DNA from: Caecitellus pseudoparvulus
Taxonomy: Eukaryota > Protista > Bigyra: Bicosoecida
Assembly: GCA_965644315.1 (NCBI GenBank)
Contig: CBFFRQ010000215.1
Span: forward strand, 1-27,287
DNA: 27,287 nucleotides
Direction of reading: 5' to 3'
The notes below the pieces were generated by a model. The model had not been told where the DNA came from and did no database searches. It saw nothing but the letters and a program-made list of their open reading frames with translations. Both the position numbers and the translations under genes were made by a program. This document shows, piece after piece, positions 10,205 to 19,594 of this stretch (its first letter is position 1; each line of letters starts with the position of its first letter).

Positions 10205-12308
10205 GGTGGCCAGCCGTGCCAAACGCCTTGCCACAGTGTGGGCAGTGGTGATCTCGGGCACCTTCATGCACAGTGCGGATATGCTTCGTGAGGCTGCCAG
10301 CTTGGCCAAATCTCTTATCACAGTGTGGGCAGTGGTGGTCTCTGACACCTTCGTGCACGGTGCGGATGTGGACCTTGAGACTGCCAGCCGTGCCAAACGC
10401 CTTGCCACAATGTGGGCAGTGGTGATCTCTGGCACCTTCGTGCACAGTGCGGATGTGGGTTTTAAGGTAGCCAGCCGTGCCAAATGTCTTGTCACAGTGT
10501 GGGCAGTGGTGGTCTCGCGCGCCCTCGTGCACAGTGCGGATGTGGGTTTTAAGGTAGCCAGCCGTGCCAAATGTCTTGTCACAGTGTGGGCAGTGGTGGT
10601 CTCGGGCGCCCTCATGCACTGTGCAGATGTGTCGCTTGAGATTGCCAGCCGTGCCAAACGCCTTGCCACAGTGTGGGCAGTGGTGATCTCTGGCACCTTC
10701 GTGCACAGTGCGGATATGCTTCGTGAGGCTGCCAGCCTGCCCAAATCTCTTATCACAGTGTGGGCAGTGGTGGTCTCGCGCACCTTCGTGCACGGTGCGG
10801 ATGTGGACCTTGAGATTGCCAGCGTGCCCGAAGGCCTTGTCACAGTGTGGGCAGTGGTGGTCTCTGGTGCCTTCGTGCACGGTGCGGATGTGGACCTTGA
10901 GATAGCCAGCCTCGCCGAATGCCTCGTCACAGTGTGGGCAGTGATGATCTCTGGCGCCCTCGTGCACGGCGCGGATGTGGACCTTCAGGTTGTCAGCCCT
11001 ACCGAATACCTTGCCACAGTGTGGGCAGTGGTGGTGTCTGGCACCTTCGTGCACGGTGCGGATGTGGACCTTGAGATTGCCAGCGTGCCCGAAGGCCTTG
11101 TCACAGTGTGGGCAGTGGTGATCCTTCGCCCCTTCATGCACGGTGCGGATGTGTCTCTTGAGGCTGCCAGCCTCGCTGAATGCCTTGTCACAGTGCGGAC
11201 AGTGGTGGTCTCGCGCGCCTTCATGTACGGCGTGGATGTGGGTCTTGAGGTCGCCAGCTCGTCCAAATGCCTTGTCACAGTGTGGGCAGTGGTGATCTCG
11301 CGCGCCTTCGTGCACGGTGCGGATGTGGACCTTGAGGTCGCCAGCCGTGCCAAACGCCTTGTCACAGTGTGGGCAGTGGTGGTCTCGCGCGCCTTCATGC
11401 ACTGTGCGAACATGTGTCCTCAGATACGCAGCAGTGCAAAAGCTCTTCCCACACACAATGCACACCACACGACCCCCAGCACCTGCCCCCCCATGGCACT
11501 CACGCCTGTGCTCCTCCACAGCGCCCCACGACCCCAGCACCATATCGCACAGCATGCACCGAGGCACGTCCTGCACACGCGCTCCTGCGCTTCGCCCTAC
11601 GTCTGCCCTCGCTGCCGCAGCCACCTCGCTCTCGCCCTCGCCCTCGCCCTCGCCCTTGCTCTCGCCACGCGGCACGCTCACTCCCACATCGCCCATGGTG
11701 TCGCCCCCGTGCCCACTGCCGTCACGGGTGCCGCTGCTCACCTCCTCACATGACACCGTGCTGCCACTGCTGTCAGTGTCCCACTCGCTGCCACTGCTGT
11801 GGCTCCCGCCATCATCATCGCCGCTGCACTCCTTGGCCCCACCCACACCCACATACCCTCTCGCCCCCCACTCCCCACAGCTGCTTGACCCTCCACTGCT
11901 CGTCACCGCCAACCCGCCACAACTCGCTCCGCCACTCCGACCACCACCGTACAGGCCCACTCTCCCCACTGACATGTTCGACACCGTCCCCGCATGCCCC
12001 TGTGCAGACCATGACGGCAGCTCACCGCGCAGTGCCGCGACGCCCGTGCGCGTCACGTCCTCCAACCGCTCCACCTGCGCCGCTGACTCTCCACACACCT
12101 CGCCACCACGCCCTGCGCCCACGCACTGACCGTCGCCAGCACACGCTGCGCCACACTTCCTCTTGCAGGGACTGGCCTGGCCTCCCGCCAGCCTGCGCTT
12201 CGCGCCCCCCACGGCGCTCACCCTGCCCGCTTGCCTTGCAGGCGCTGCGCCGTGCCTCAAACTGCGCCGGCACGCCACGCCGGGCTGCCTCGTGCCCACG
12301 CAGCTCAT
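10173..12308 (-). CDS. ZF gene B: intact poly-C2H2 zinc-finger protein, 711 aa, 15 tandem fingers plus one isolated finger
   Basis: CCACC-ATG at 12308; CX2C-X12-HX4H fingers with EGARDHH linker; no KRAB/SET/BTB recognised by eye; no introns needed. Confidence 0.92.
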   Translation of the reverse strand: MSCVGTRQPGVACRRSLRHGAAPARQAGRVSAVGGAKRRLAGGQASPCKRKCGAACAGDGQCVGAGRGGEVCGESAAQVERLEDVTRTGVAALRGELPSWSAQGHAGTVSNMSVGRVGLYGGGRSGGASCGGLAVTSSGGSSSCGEWGARGYVGVGGAKECSGDDDGGSHSSGSEWDTDSSGSTVSCEEVSSGTRDGSGHGGDTMGDVGVSVPRGESKGEGEGEGESEVAAAARADVGRSAGARVQDVPRCMLCDMVLGSWGAVEEHRRECHGGAGAGGRVVCIVCGKSFCTAAYLRTHVRTVHEGARDHHCPHCDKAFGTAGDLKVHIRTVHEGARDHHCPHCDKAFGRAGDLKTHIHAVHEGARDHHCPHCDKAFSEAGSLKRHIRTVHEGAKDHHCPHCDKAFGHAGNLKVHIRTVHEGARHHHCPHCGKVFGRADNLKVHIRAVHEGARDHHCPHCDEAFGEAGYLKVHIRTVHEGTRDHHCPHCDKAFGHAGNLKVHIRTVHEGARDHHCPHCDKRFGQAGSLTKHIRTVHEGARDHHCPHCGKAFGTAGNLKRHICTVHEGARDHHCPHCDKTFGTAGYLKTHIRTVHEGARDHHCPHCDKTFGTAGYLKTHIRTVHEGARDHHCPHCGKAFGTAGSLKVHIRTVHEGVRDHHCPHCDKRFGQAGSLTKHIRTVHEGARDHHCPHCGKAFGTAGHLKVHIRSLHA

Positions 12309-12744
12309 GGTGGGAGTGGGGGGGGGCAGCAGTGTGCAGTTTGTCTGGTGTGTTGCATGTGATGTGAGCAGTGTGTGGATGGGAAGTAGTGTGCGGGGGG
12401 AAGTGTGGGGGGGGGTGTGGCAGGAGAGACTCGTCGGCGAGCTGCTCGGGCTGCACGCTCGACTCCACGCGCCCACGCCCAGCCCCAAGCCACCATTGCC
12501 TCCACGCCCCCACATCACACACGGCCACCTGCACGCCAGCCGCCCACGAGCATGCTGCCGTGCATGGTCTGCGCTTGGCTGCATCGCGGCGCACAGTGGA
12601 CTGCCCTGATCACGGGCCCGTCCCCCAGCAGCACCCGCAACGCCGGCCGCGTTTCCACGGCGTTTCCTCACACCCATCCACAGCCCACCCGCACACCCCG
12701 CGCACACTGACCACACGCCACACACCCCACTCACACATCTGGGC

Positions 12745-13224
12745 ATGGCCGGGACCCCACACCAGGGCCCCGCTCTCGCTGGCCTCGCCGCCGGTGCAGC
12801 CGTGGCCACGGGAGTGCACCTGGCGAGCCAAGCTGCCGGCACTGTTGCTGGCGCGGGCCTCAGCCTGGCATCCACCGCCATGACGGAGGGCACACGGGCA
12901 GTGGGCGGTGACGTGGCCGCGGCGGCTGTGGCAGGTGTGTGCGGTGCTGGGTGTGCCCTGGCCGCGACAGCCGCCAGCACCACCGGCACAGTGGCCAGTG
13001 CGGCGGCAGGCGCAGTCACGTCCGTGGTGGTGACGGCTGTAGGCTCTGCGGCGCTGCATGGTGTGCGTGCGGCGAGCGCGGGTGTGGAGGGTGGTCAGGG
13101 CGGGCATGGGGATGTGTGGAGGTGCAGTGGGGGGGGTCCGCTGTGGTGTGAGGTGGATGATGGGTATGTGTGTGTGTCTCGTCCGGGTGGGTGTGTGAGG
13201 GGCAGGAGTGGTGGAGAGGGATGA
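12745..13224 (+). CDS. Small Ala/Gly/Val-rich protein, copy 3 (159 aa)
   Basis: Paralogue of 268-744 with stop at the homologous position. Confidence 0.55.
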   Translation: MAGTPHQGPALAGLAAGAAVATGVHLASQAAGTVAGAGLSLASTAMTEGTRAVGGDVAAAAVAGVCGAGCALAATAASTTGTVASAAAGAVTSVVVTAVGSAALHGVRAASAGVEGGQGGHGDVWRCSGGGPLWCEVDDGYVCVSRPGGCVRGRSGGEG

Positions 13225-13250
13225 GTTGGTGTGCATTGTGGGCGTAGTGG

Positions 13251-15159
13251 TCATGCGTGTAGGGAGCGGATGTGGACCTTGAGGTGGCCAGCCGTGCCAA
13301 ATGTCTTGTCACAGTGTGGGCAGTGGTGATCTCGGGCACCCTCATGCACTGTGCGGATGTGTGTCTTGAGATAACCAGCCGTGCCAAACGCCTTGTCACA
13401 GTGCGGACAGTGGTGGTCTCTGATCCCTTCGTGCACGGTGCGGATGTGTGTCTTGAGACTACCAGCCTGTGTAAATGCCTTGCCACAATGTGGGCAGTGG
13501 TGATCTCTGGTGCCTTCGTGCACGGTGCGGATGTGGGTCTTGAGGTGGCCAGCCTGCGTAAATGCCTTGTCACAGTGTGAGCAGCGGTGGTCTCTGGCGC
13601 CCTGATGCACGGTGCGGATGTGCTTCTTGAGACTGCAAGCCCGGCTGAAGGCCTTGTCACAGTGTGGGCAGTGGTGGTCTCGTGCACCCTCGTGGACTGA
13701 GCGGATGTGCTTCGTGAGGGTGCAAGCGTGCCCGAAGGCCTTGTCACAGTGTGGGCAGTGGTGGTCTCTGGCGCCCTCGTGGACGGTGCGGACGTGCTTC
13801 TCAAGACTGCCAGCGTGCCCGAACGCCCTGTCACAGTGTGGGCAGTGGTGGTCTCGTGCACCCTCGTGCACGGTGCGGATGTGTGTCTTGAGGTGGCCAG
13901 CCGTGCCAAACGCCTTGTGGCAGTGTGGGCAGTGGTGGTCTCTGGCGCCTTCATGGACGGTGCGCATGTGCCTCTTGAGGCTGCCAACCTCGCCGAACGC
14001 CCTGTCACAGTGTGGACAGTGGTGGTCTTTGGCTCTCTCATGGACGGTGCGGATGTGCTTCTTGAGGTGACCAGCCGTGCCAAACGTCTTGTCACAGTGT
14101 GGGCAGTGGTGGTCTCGCGCACCCTCATGCACAGTGCGGATGTGTGCCTTGAGGTGGCCAGCCTCGCCAAACGCCTTGTCACAGTGTGGGCAGTGGTGAT
14201 CTCTGGCGCCCTCGTGCACAACGCGGACATGTTTCCTCAGGTTCGCAGCAGTGCAGAAGCTCTTCCCACACACAATGCACACCACTCGACCACCCGCACC
14301 TGCCCCCCCATGACACTCACGCCTGTGCACCTCCACAGCACCCCACGACCCCAGCACCACATCGCATAGCATGCACCGAGGCACGTCCTGCACACGCGCT
14401 CCCGCGCCTCGCCCCACATCTGCCCCCGCCGCCCCAGCCACCTCGCTCTCGCCCTCGCCCTCGCCCTCGCCACGCGGCACGCTCACTCCCACATCGCCCA
14501 GTGCGTCGTCCCCGCGTCCATTGCCGTCACGGGTGCCGCTGCTCACCTCCTCACATGACACCGTGCTGCCACTGTCACTGCTGCCCCTGCTGTCAGTGCC
14601 GTCACTGTCCCACTCGCTGTCACTGCTGTTGCTCTTACCACCACCGCCGCTGCACTCCTCGACCCCACCCACACCCACATACCCTCTTGTCCCCCACTCC
14701 TCACAGCTGCTCGACCCCCCACTGCTCGTCACCGTCAACCCGCCACAACTTGCTCCGCCACACCGACCACCACCGACCACACCGCTCACACCCACCTTCC
14801 ACAGTACCATGTCCGACACCGTCCCCGCATGCCCCTGTGCAGACCATGACGGCAGCTCACCGCGCAGTGCCGCGACGCCCGTGCGCGTCACGTCCTCCAA
14901 CCGCTCCACCTGCGCCGCTGACTCTCCACACACCTCGCCACCACGCCCTGCGCCCACGCTCTGACCGTCGCCACACAACGCGCCGCCGACACACCCCGTC
15001 ACACCACCCGGCACCTCGCCAGCACACGCTGCGCCGCACTTCCTCTTGCAGGGACTGGCCTGGCCTCCCGCCAGCCTGCGCTTCACGCCCCCCACGGCGC
15101 TCACCCTGCCCGCTTGCGTTGCAGGCGCTGCGCCGTGCCTCAAACTGCGCCGGCACGCC
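13251..15159 (-). pseudogene. ZF gene C (12 tandem fingers), first ~10 codons cut off by retrotransposon copy 2
   Basis: Collinear with genes A/B from VACRRSL onward; ORF otherwise open; internal ATG (MVLWK) near 14810. Confidence 0.88.
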
Positions 15160-15337
15160 ACCGAGGTTGCCGGCACCCCAGCCGGCAACCATGTTTCCCG
15201 GCAGGAGGGGCGGCGGGCAGTCCCACGCTAGTGGCACAATTGTCCCCCGCCGCCCCAACGCAGAGTAGACGACGGCAGGACCGGGCATGACAAAACCAGT
15301 CATTAGCCGGCCTCGTCACTCTCTTTCCTTTTTTTTC
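15160..15337 (+). repeat. Copy 2 repeat A1
   Basis: Matches A2 20645-20823; ends in a pyrimidine tract just before the ORF1 ATG at 15341. Confidence 0.93.
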
Positions 15338-15340
15338 GAG

Positions 15341-17423
15341 ATGGCATCGGATGATCCAGCTTCCAGCGACACGGAGGGCGGAAGCTGGGAGGACATCCAC
15401 GACAAAATGATGTCTGTCAACTCCGCCAAGCAAGCCAAGGCGCTCATAACGGAGCAGGAGTTCGAGTACTGGCTGAAGTGGGCGGATTCTGAGGATTTTG
15501 GTAAGATGGAGGCCGCTTGGCGCCTCCGGGAGGTGCCCGAGGGATTCCGGGCAGATCGCATGCGATCCCTCATTGCGGGCAGAGCTTTCCGCCTCCCCGC
15601 TGACGGTGCCCCTCATCGCGCAGGCGGCTCACCACGGGGGCACGGCACGAAGCGAACCCGTCCGCGCGGTGCGAGCAGTGGCACGCCCTACGGCCCGCAC
15701 CTACCCCCGCGCCCGACCCAGCCGGACGCAGTCGCAGGCGACCTCCCGCAAGATCCCGCCACAGTGCTTACGTGGTTCCTGCAGAGGGGAGCGACGGTGC
15801 CGAGCGAGGACGTCGCCGTGCAGCTGCAGTTCTACGTGGGCTTGGCAACGGAGGAGACATCGCCGTACGCCCTCTCCGCTTGGCCTCCACGGCGCTTCGC
15901 CGCATGGTGCAGACTCAACGGTATTCCCCCCGACCTCACCCCCGACGACATCGTGATGCATTTGCAGCGGGTCCTGGAGGCCGCGCTGGCGGGCGACGAC
16001 GACTTTGGCGACGACGATGCCGGCGCCCCGTTCTTTCCCGTTTTCCCGGGCACCACACCGGATGCCGCCCGGTTACAGCCCCGTGCGGCGGCCCCGGGTC
16101 ACCCCCCGGCCTCCAAGAGGCACAGGGCGGCCTATAGCCCGCAGCCCCCCTCCCCCGTGGGGCGGCGGAGCCTCGCCGGCAGTCCACCCCGAAGGCGGGT
16201 CGGCTGTTTTCGGTCACATGGGGGAGAACAGCGGTCGGTCGTCGCCAGCCGACGAGGTACTGGTCACTGTAGGCGCGCTGCGGGTCATTGGGCCGACCGC
16301 ACACCCCTCGTCGGCGGTGGCCCGGGACCGCCTGTCAGCCTTGGGGGCAGTTTTCGCTGCGGGGACCACAGACGCCTTGACCACGGTGGCTGTCGAGATG
16401 GCTGAGGCTGCTGCACGAGAGGTGCCCGCAGCAACGGGCCCAGTGCCGTCAGGTACGTTCCTGTCCCGCCAGCTCCCCCCCCACTCGCCCCGCGTGCCCG
16501 CTCCCGGCGACCCGTCCTGGCTCACAGCCCCCGGCGATGAGGTAGCCCCGCCGTCCGCGTCGGTCATGATGGACGACGCTATGGACGTAGTGACTGCTGT
16601 ACGCCTGGTGCAAGGGAGGGTGGAAGTTACAGTTGACCCAACCCATCTAGTGGCAGTAACTGGGGCGGGTGCCCTGTCGGCATGCCACATGCTGGGCAAC
16701 CGTGGGGGCGCTTGGTGGCTTGCTGCGATGACCAGGGACTTGCTGACGGCGCCTTCCGACGACCTCCACCGCTCCCTCCGAGCGTTCTGGTGGAAGTGGG
16801 CGTCCGAGGTGCCCGCCCTGGCAGACCAGCGGGGCCTGTGCCGAGCCATGGCGTGCGCACTCCTGATCACAATCGCAGTGCGGGCCGTGGCGCAGACCGC
16901 CGCTGCGTTGCCCGAAGGCCAGCGCAGGCGATGGGCCCAGCTGACGTGGGCCTCCTGGGTGGCCACGTTCCGCACTAACGCCACCATTGTCATGATGGCG
17001 TCGGCGACGGGGCAAGCACTGGTGGCCAGCTCGCTGGCGCGCGAGGCATGGGCGGCCGGGGCCGCCGCCACACCGATGCCAGGTGCGGGGGGCGGCCCGG
17101 CGCAAACCCCCGCTCGTGGCCCTCCCGCGGGGCTGTACCGGCAGGACGACCCGAGCACATTCGTGTGGTGCCCCGGGTGCGTCGGATCCGACCGGCGGCG
17201 CCGGTCGCTGGCATCCTGCCCACGCCTGGCCCAGCATGTGGCCCACCTGCGCCGGACCCACACAGTCGGAGGTAAGCCCGCAGAACTTACCCAGGCGCAG
17301 GCAGTGGCCATGCTGGTGCGCCAGTGGGAGCGGAAGGTGGCATCCAAGGGACGTGACTTCCAGCGGCGCATGCAGCCCCGCGCTGTCACCACGGCCATGG
17401 TGGAGGCAGCTCTCAGCCTCTAG
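15341..17423 (+). CDS. Gag-like ORF1, copy 2 (~690 aa if joined; frame switch at C-run 16145-16156)
   Basis: Protein-like sequence switches frame at the C6-T-C5 run; copy 3 is fused there; CPGC...HLRRTH Cys/His motif near the C-terminus. Confidence 0.65.
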
Positions 17424-19574
17424 GAGGTGGGCCGGAGCGCGGTGGTGAGAGCGACCACGGGGTACCGGGCCGTGCCCGTGGAGTGGAGGGCTGCCGCCCC
17501 GCTCTCGACAGACCACCGCGCCATGGCCGTGCTCATCGAATCAATGGTCCAGCAGCTGCATGGGGACCGTTGTTGGACTCCACCGGGGCTCTTCGAGGAC
17601 ATCTTGCGTGGGGGCTTGGACTGGGGCCCCCACCCCGTGGTCTCATACTGGGGTTGCCAGGAGGCCCACGCTGACGTGTGTCCCGCATGCGGCGAGACCA
17701 CTTCCAGATTACGGCAGCTTGAGCGGTGCGCAGCCATGCGACTGCTCACCGTGGTCACGCTGCGCGGGTGGGACCCCGCTTGGCTGCTGTTCCGCCGCCC
17801 CCCGGCAGCGGCATCCCCGTCCTCGGCATACGTGCTGCAGCCGCACGACGAGCGGGCGGTGGCAGCGGCCTATGACGCCTTCGCGGCTGCGCGCGTGCTG
17901 CAGCCGGTCACCCCCCAGCAGCTGCAGCAGCACCGAAAGATGGGGGGGCCAGCCGCTTCTGCCTTCGTTGTCACGACATGGGCCCCCCAGCCGGGCGTCA
18001 GCGACGAAGCTCTGCGACAGTGGGCTGCTGCGAACCCAGGCGAGGCGGTGCAGGCCGCCAGCTCTTCCCGCGCGCCCGCCCGCCCGAGCCGCCTGTTCCG
18101 GGCCAAGCAGCGGGTGGTGTACGATCTGGCAGCCGTCAACCAGGCCTCAGTGAGCCCCCCATTCCACTACCCCACGCTGGAGAGCTGGGCGCTGCGCCTC
18201 CCGCCGAACTCGGACTGTGTTGTCCTGGACGTGGAAGCAGGGTACACGGCCATCCCCATCGCTCCGTCGGGCGCCGGACTGTTCACCATGCTCGCCCAGG
18301 GCAGGCCAGCCTTCCGCATGCTTCGGATGGCCTTCGGGTACAGCCCGGCCGGGGCCATTTTCTGCTTTTTTTCTGGACTTCTGGGCGCCAAGATCGAAGC
18401 GGCGTTCCCAGCAGGGCATGTGGTTGTGTACGTAGACGACGTCGGGCTTGGGGGAGCTACGTTGGGGCCACGGCCATCGATCGTGCCCAAGATAACTCAA
18501 CTGTTCGAGGACGTGGGCTTCCGGGTGTCGCGCAAGAAGACGCAAGGGCCACAGCGCGTCGTTCAGTACTTGGGGATGGTGGTCAGGTGTGCCCCGTGTG
18601 GGGTGTACCTTGAGTGTCCTCAAGCCAAACGAACTCAGCTGCGGTGGCAGCTGGCCGCGGTCCTTAATCGCCTCGGCGCTTGCTCCACCATCCCCAAGCG
18701 CGTTTTCGCCGCGGTCACAGGGCGCTTGCACGGCCTGTCGGCCGTGGTGCCCCACGCAAAACAAACGCTGTCGCTCTTGTACGACACCATGCGCACACAC
18801 AAGTACCGCGTCGGCCCCCCCGGCGCTCTCGTGCCTGTCCCCCCGGCGTCGCACGGGGCCCTGCGGACCCTCCTTGAGGCCCTCGGTGGGCCGTTATCGA
18901 CGGGCCCGATGCGCCCGCTCTCCCCACTGTCAAGCAGGTGGCGCGCCGCCCTCTTTGGCTCGTGCGACGCGTCGGGGGAAGGCGGGCTGGGGGCAACAGT
19001 GTCGAGGTGGGCAGGGCCAGGAGAACGCACAGACTCCGCTTGGTACGCGTCCATGCGCATCCCCGGCACAGCCCCGGGCGAGGAGCTCGTGGGAGCCTCC
19101 ACGATGCTGGAGCTGTACGCAATCGCCTTGGCTATGGCAATGGCGCGGCATGTTTTTCCCGAGCCGGGGCCGCTGCTGCTATGCCTAGCTGCGGACAGCC
19201 AGGCAGCGGTGGCGCTGGCGCGACGAGGGTACAGCAAGCACAGCCGTGAACTCACGCGCGTCTGCGGGGTCCTCGAGCGGGTTTCCCGCGTTTTGGACGT
19301 CCACTTGGCGCCTCGGTGGATCCCGAGGAGCCTGAATTGGCGGGCGGACGCCCTCAGCCACCCCGAAAGGGTGGATAGCAGCACACCGGCAGCGCTCGGC
19401 CTCCCGCCAGGGCAACCAGCCGAGCTGGAGGTATCAGCAGGGGGAAGCAGCGCCGCTGAGCGGTGGCATGATGTGTCCCTAGACGTAGGGCCGTCGGAAA
19501 AGGGCCGGGGCGGGCACCGCGTGGATTCACTCAGCTCAACTCTCCGTCGCCCTGCACAGACACACTCTGGATAA
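17424..19574 (+). CDS. Reverse transcriptase-RNase H (DIRS/Ngaro-type pol)
   Basis: RT motifs RVVYDL, VLDVEAGYTAIPI, MAFGYSPA, VYVDD, GFRVSRKKT, YLGM; RNase H motifs CDAS, MLELYA, ADSQAA, NWRADALS. In frame with ORF1; first own ATG at 17523. Confidence 0.95.
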   Translation, partial: EVGRSAVVRATTGYRAVPVEWRAAAPLSTDHRAMAVLIESMVQQLHGDRCWTPPGLFEDILRGGLDWGPHPVVSYWGCQEAHADVCPACGETTSRLRQLERCAAMRLLTVVTLRGWDPAWLLFRRPPAAASPSSAYVLQPHDERAVAAAYDAFAAARVLQPVTPQQLQQHRKMGGPAASAFVVTTWAPQPGVSDEALRQWAAANPGEAVQAASSSRAPARPSRLFRAKQRVVYDLAAVNQASVSPPFHYPTLESWALRLPPNSDCVVLDVEAGYTAIPIAPSGAGLFTMLAQGRPAFRMLRMAFGYSPAGAIFCFFSGLLGAKIEAAFPAGHVVVYVDDVGLGGATLGPRPSIVPKITQLFEDVGFRVSRKKTQGPQRVVQYLGMVVRCAPCGVYLECPQAKRTQLRWQLAAVLNRLGACSTIPKRVFAAVTGRLHGLSAVVPHAKQTLSLLYDTMRTHKYRVGPPGALVPVPPASHGALRTLLEALGGPLSTGPMRPLSPLSSRWRAALFGSCDASGEGGLGATVSRWAGPGERTDSAWYASMRIPGTAPGEELVGASTMLELYAIALAMAMARHVFPEPGPLLLCLAADSQAAVALARRGYSKHSRELTRVCGVLERVSRVLDVHLAPRWIPRSLNWRADALSHPERVDSSTPAALGLPPGQPAELEVSAGGSSAAERWHDVSLDVGPSEKGRGGHRVDSLSSTLRRPAQTHSG

Positions 19575-19594
19575 GGAAGCAGACCTTCTGGCAG

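Larger units (their letters stand above)
9236..12308. repeat. One complete ~3.08-kb host tandem unit
   Basis: ZF ATGs at 9235 and 12308 (3073 bp apart); small-ORF ATGs at 9668 and 12745 (3077 bp apart). Confidence 0.9.

Noticed and set aside
11625-11666. (CTCGCC)n hexamer tract
   Set aside because: Ordinary coding microsatellite (Glu-Gly repeats) varying in length between paralogues.
10194-11753. Long antisense and alternate-frame ORFs over ZF arrays and the element (e.g. 7343-8587, 10194-11753, 5133-6317)
   Set aside because: Expected shadows of GC-rich repetitive coding DNA; no independent motifs.
12309-13019. 237-aa N-terminal extension of ZF B in the 948-aa ORF
   Set aside because: Non-ATG start, antisense to the small ORF, and not in frame in the homologous unit upstream of gene A; the CCACC-ATG at 12308 is the better start.
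7372-14290. 87-bp periodic repeats as a CRISPR array
   Set aside because: No repeat/unique-spacer alternation; repeats are in-frame C2H2 finger codons; no cas genes.
7372-19574. Diversity-generating retroelement (RT next to variable repeats)
   Set aside because: RT is linked to RNase H and YR inside a self-contained retrotransposon; no template repeat; finger variation is not adenine-restricted.
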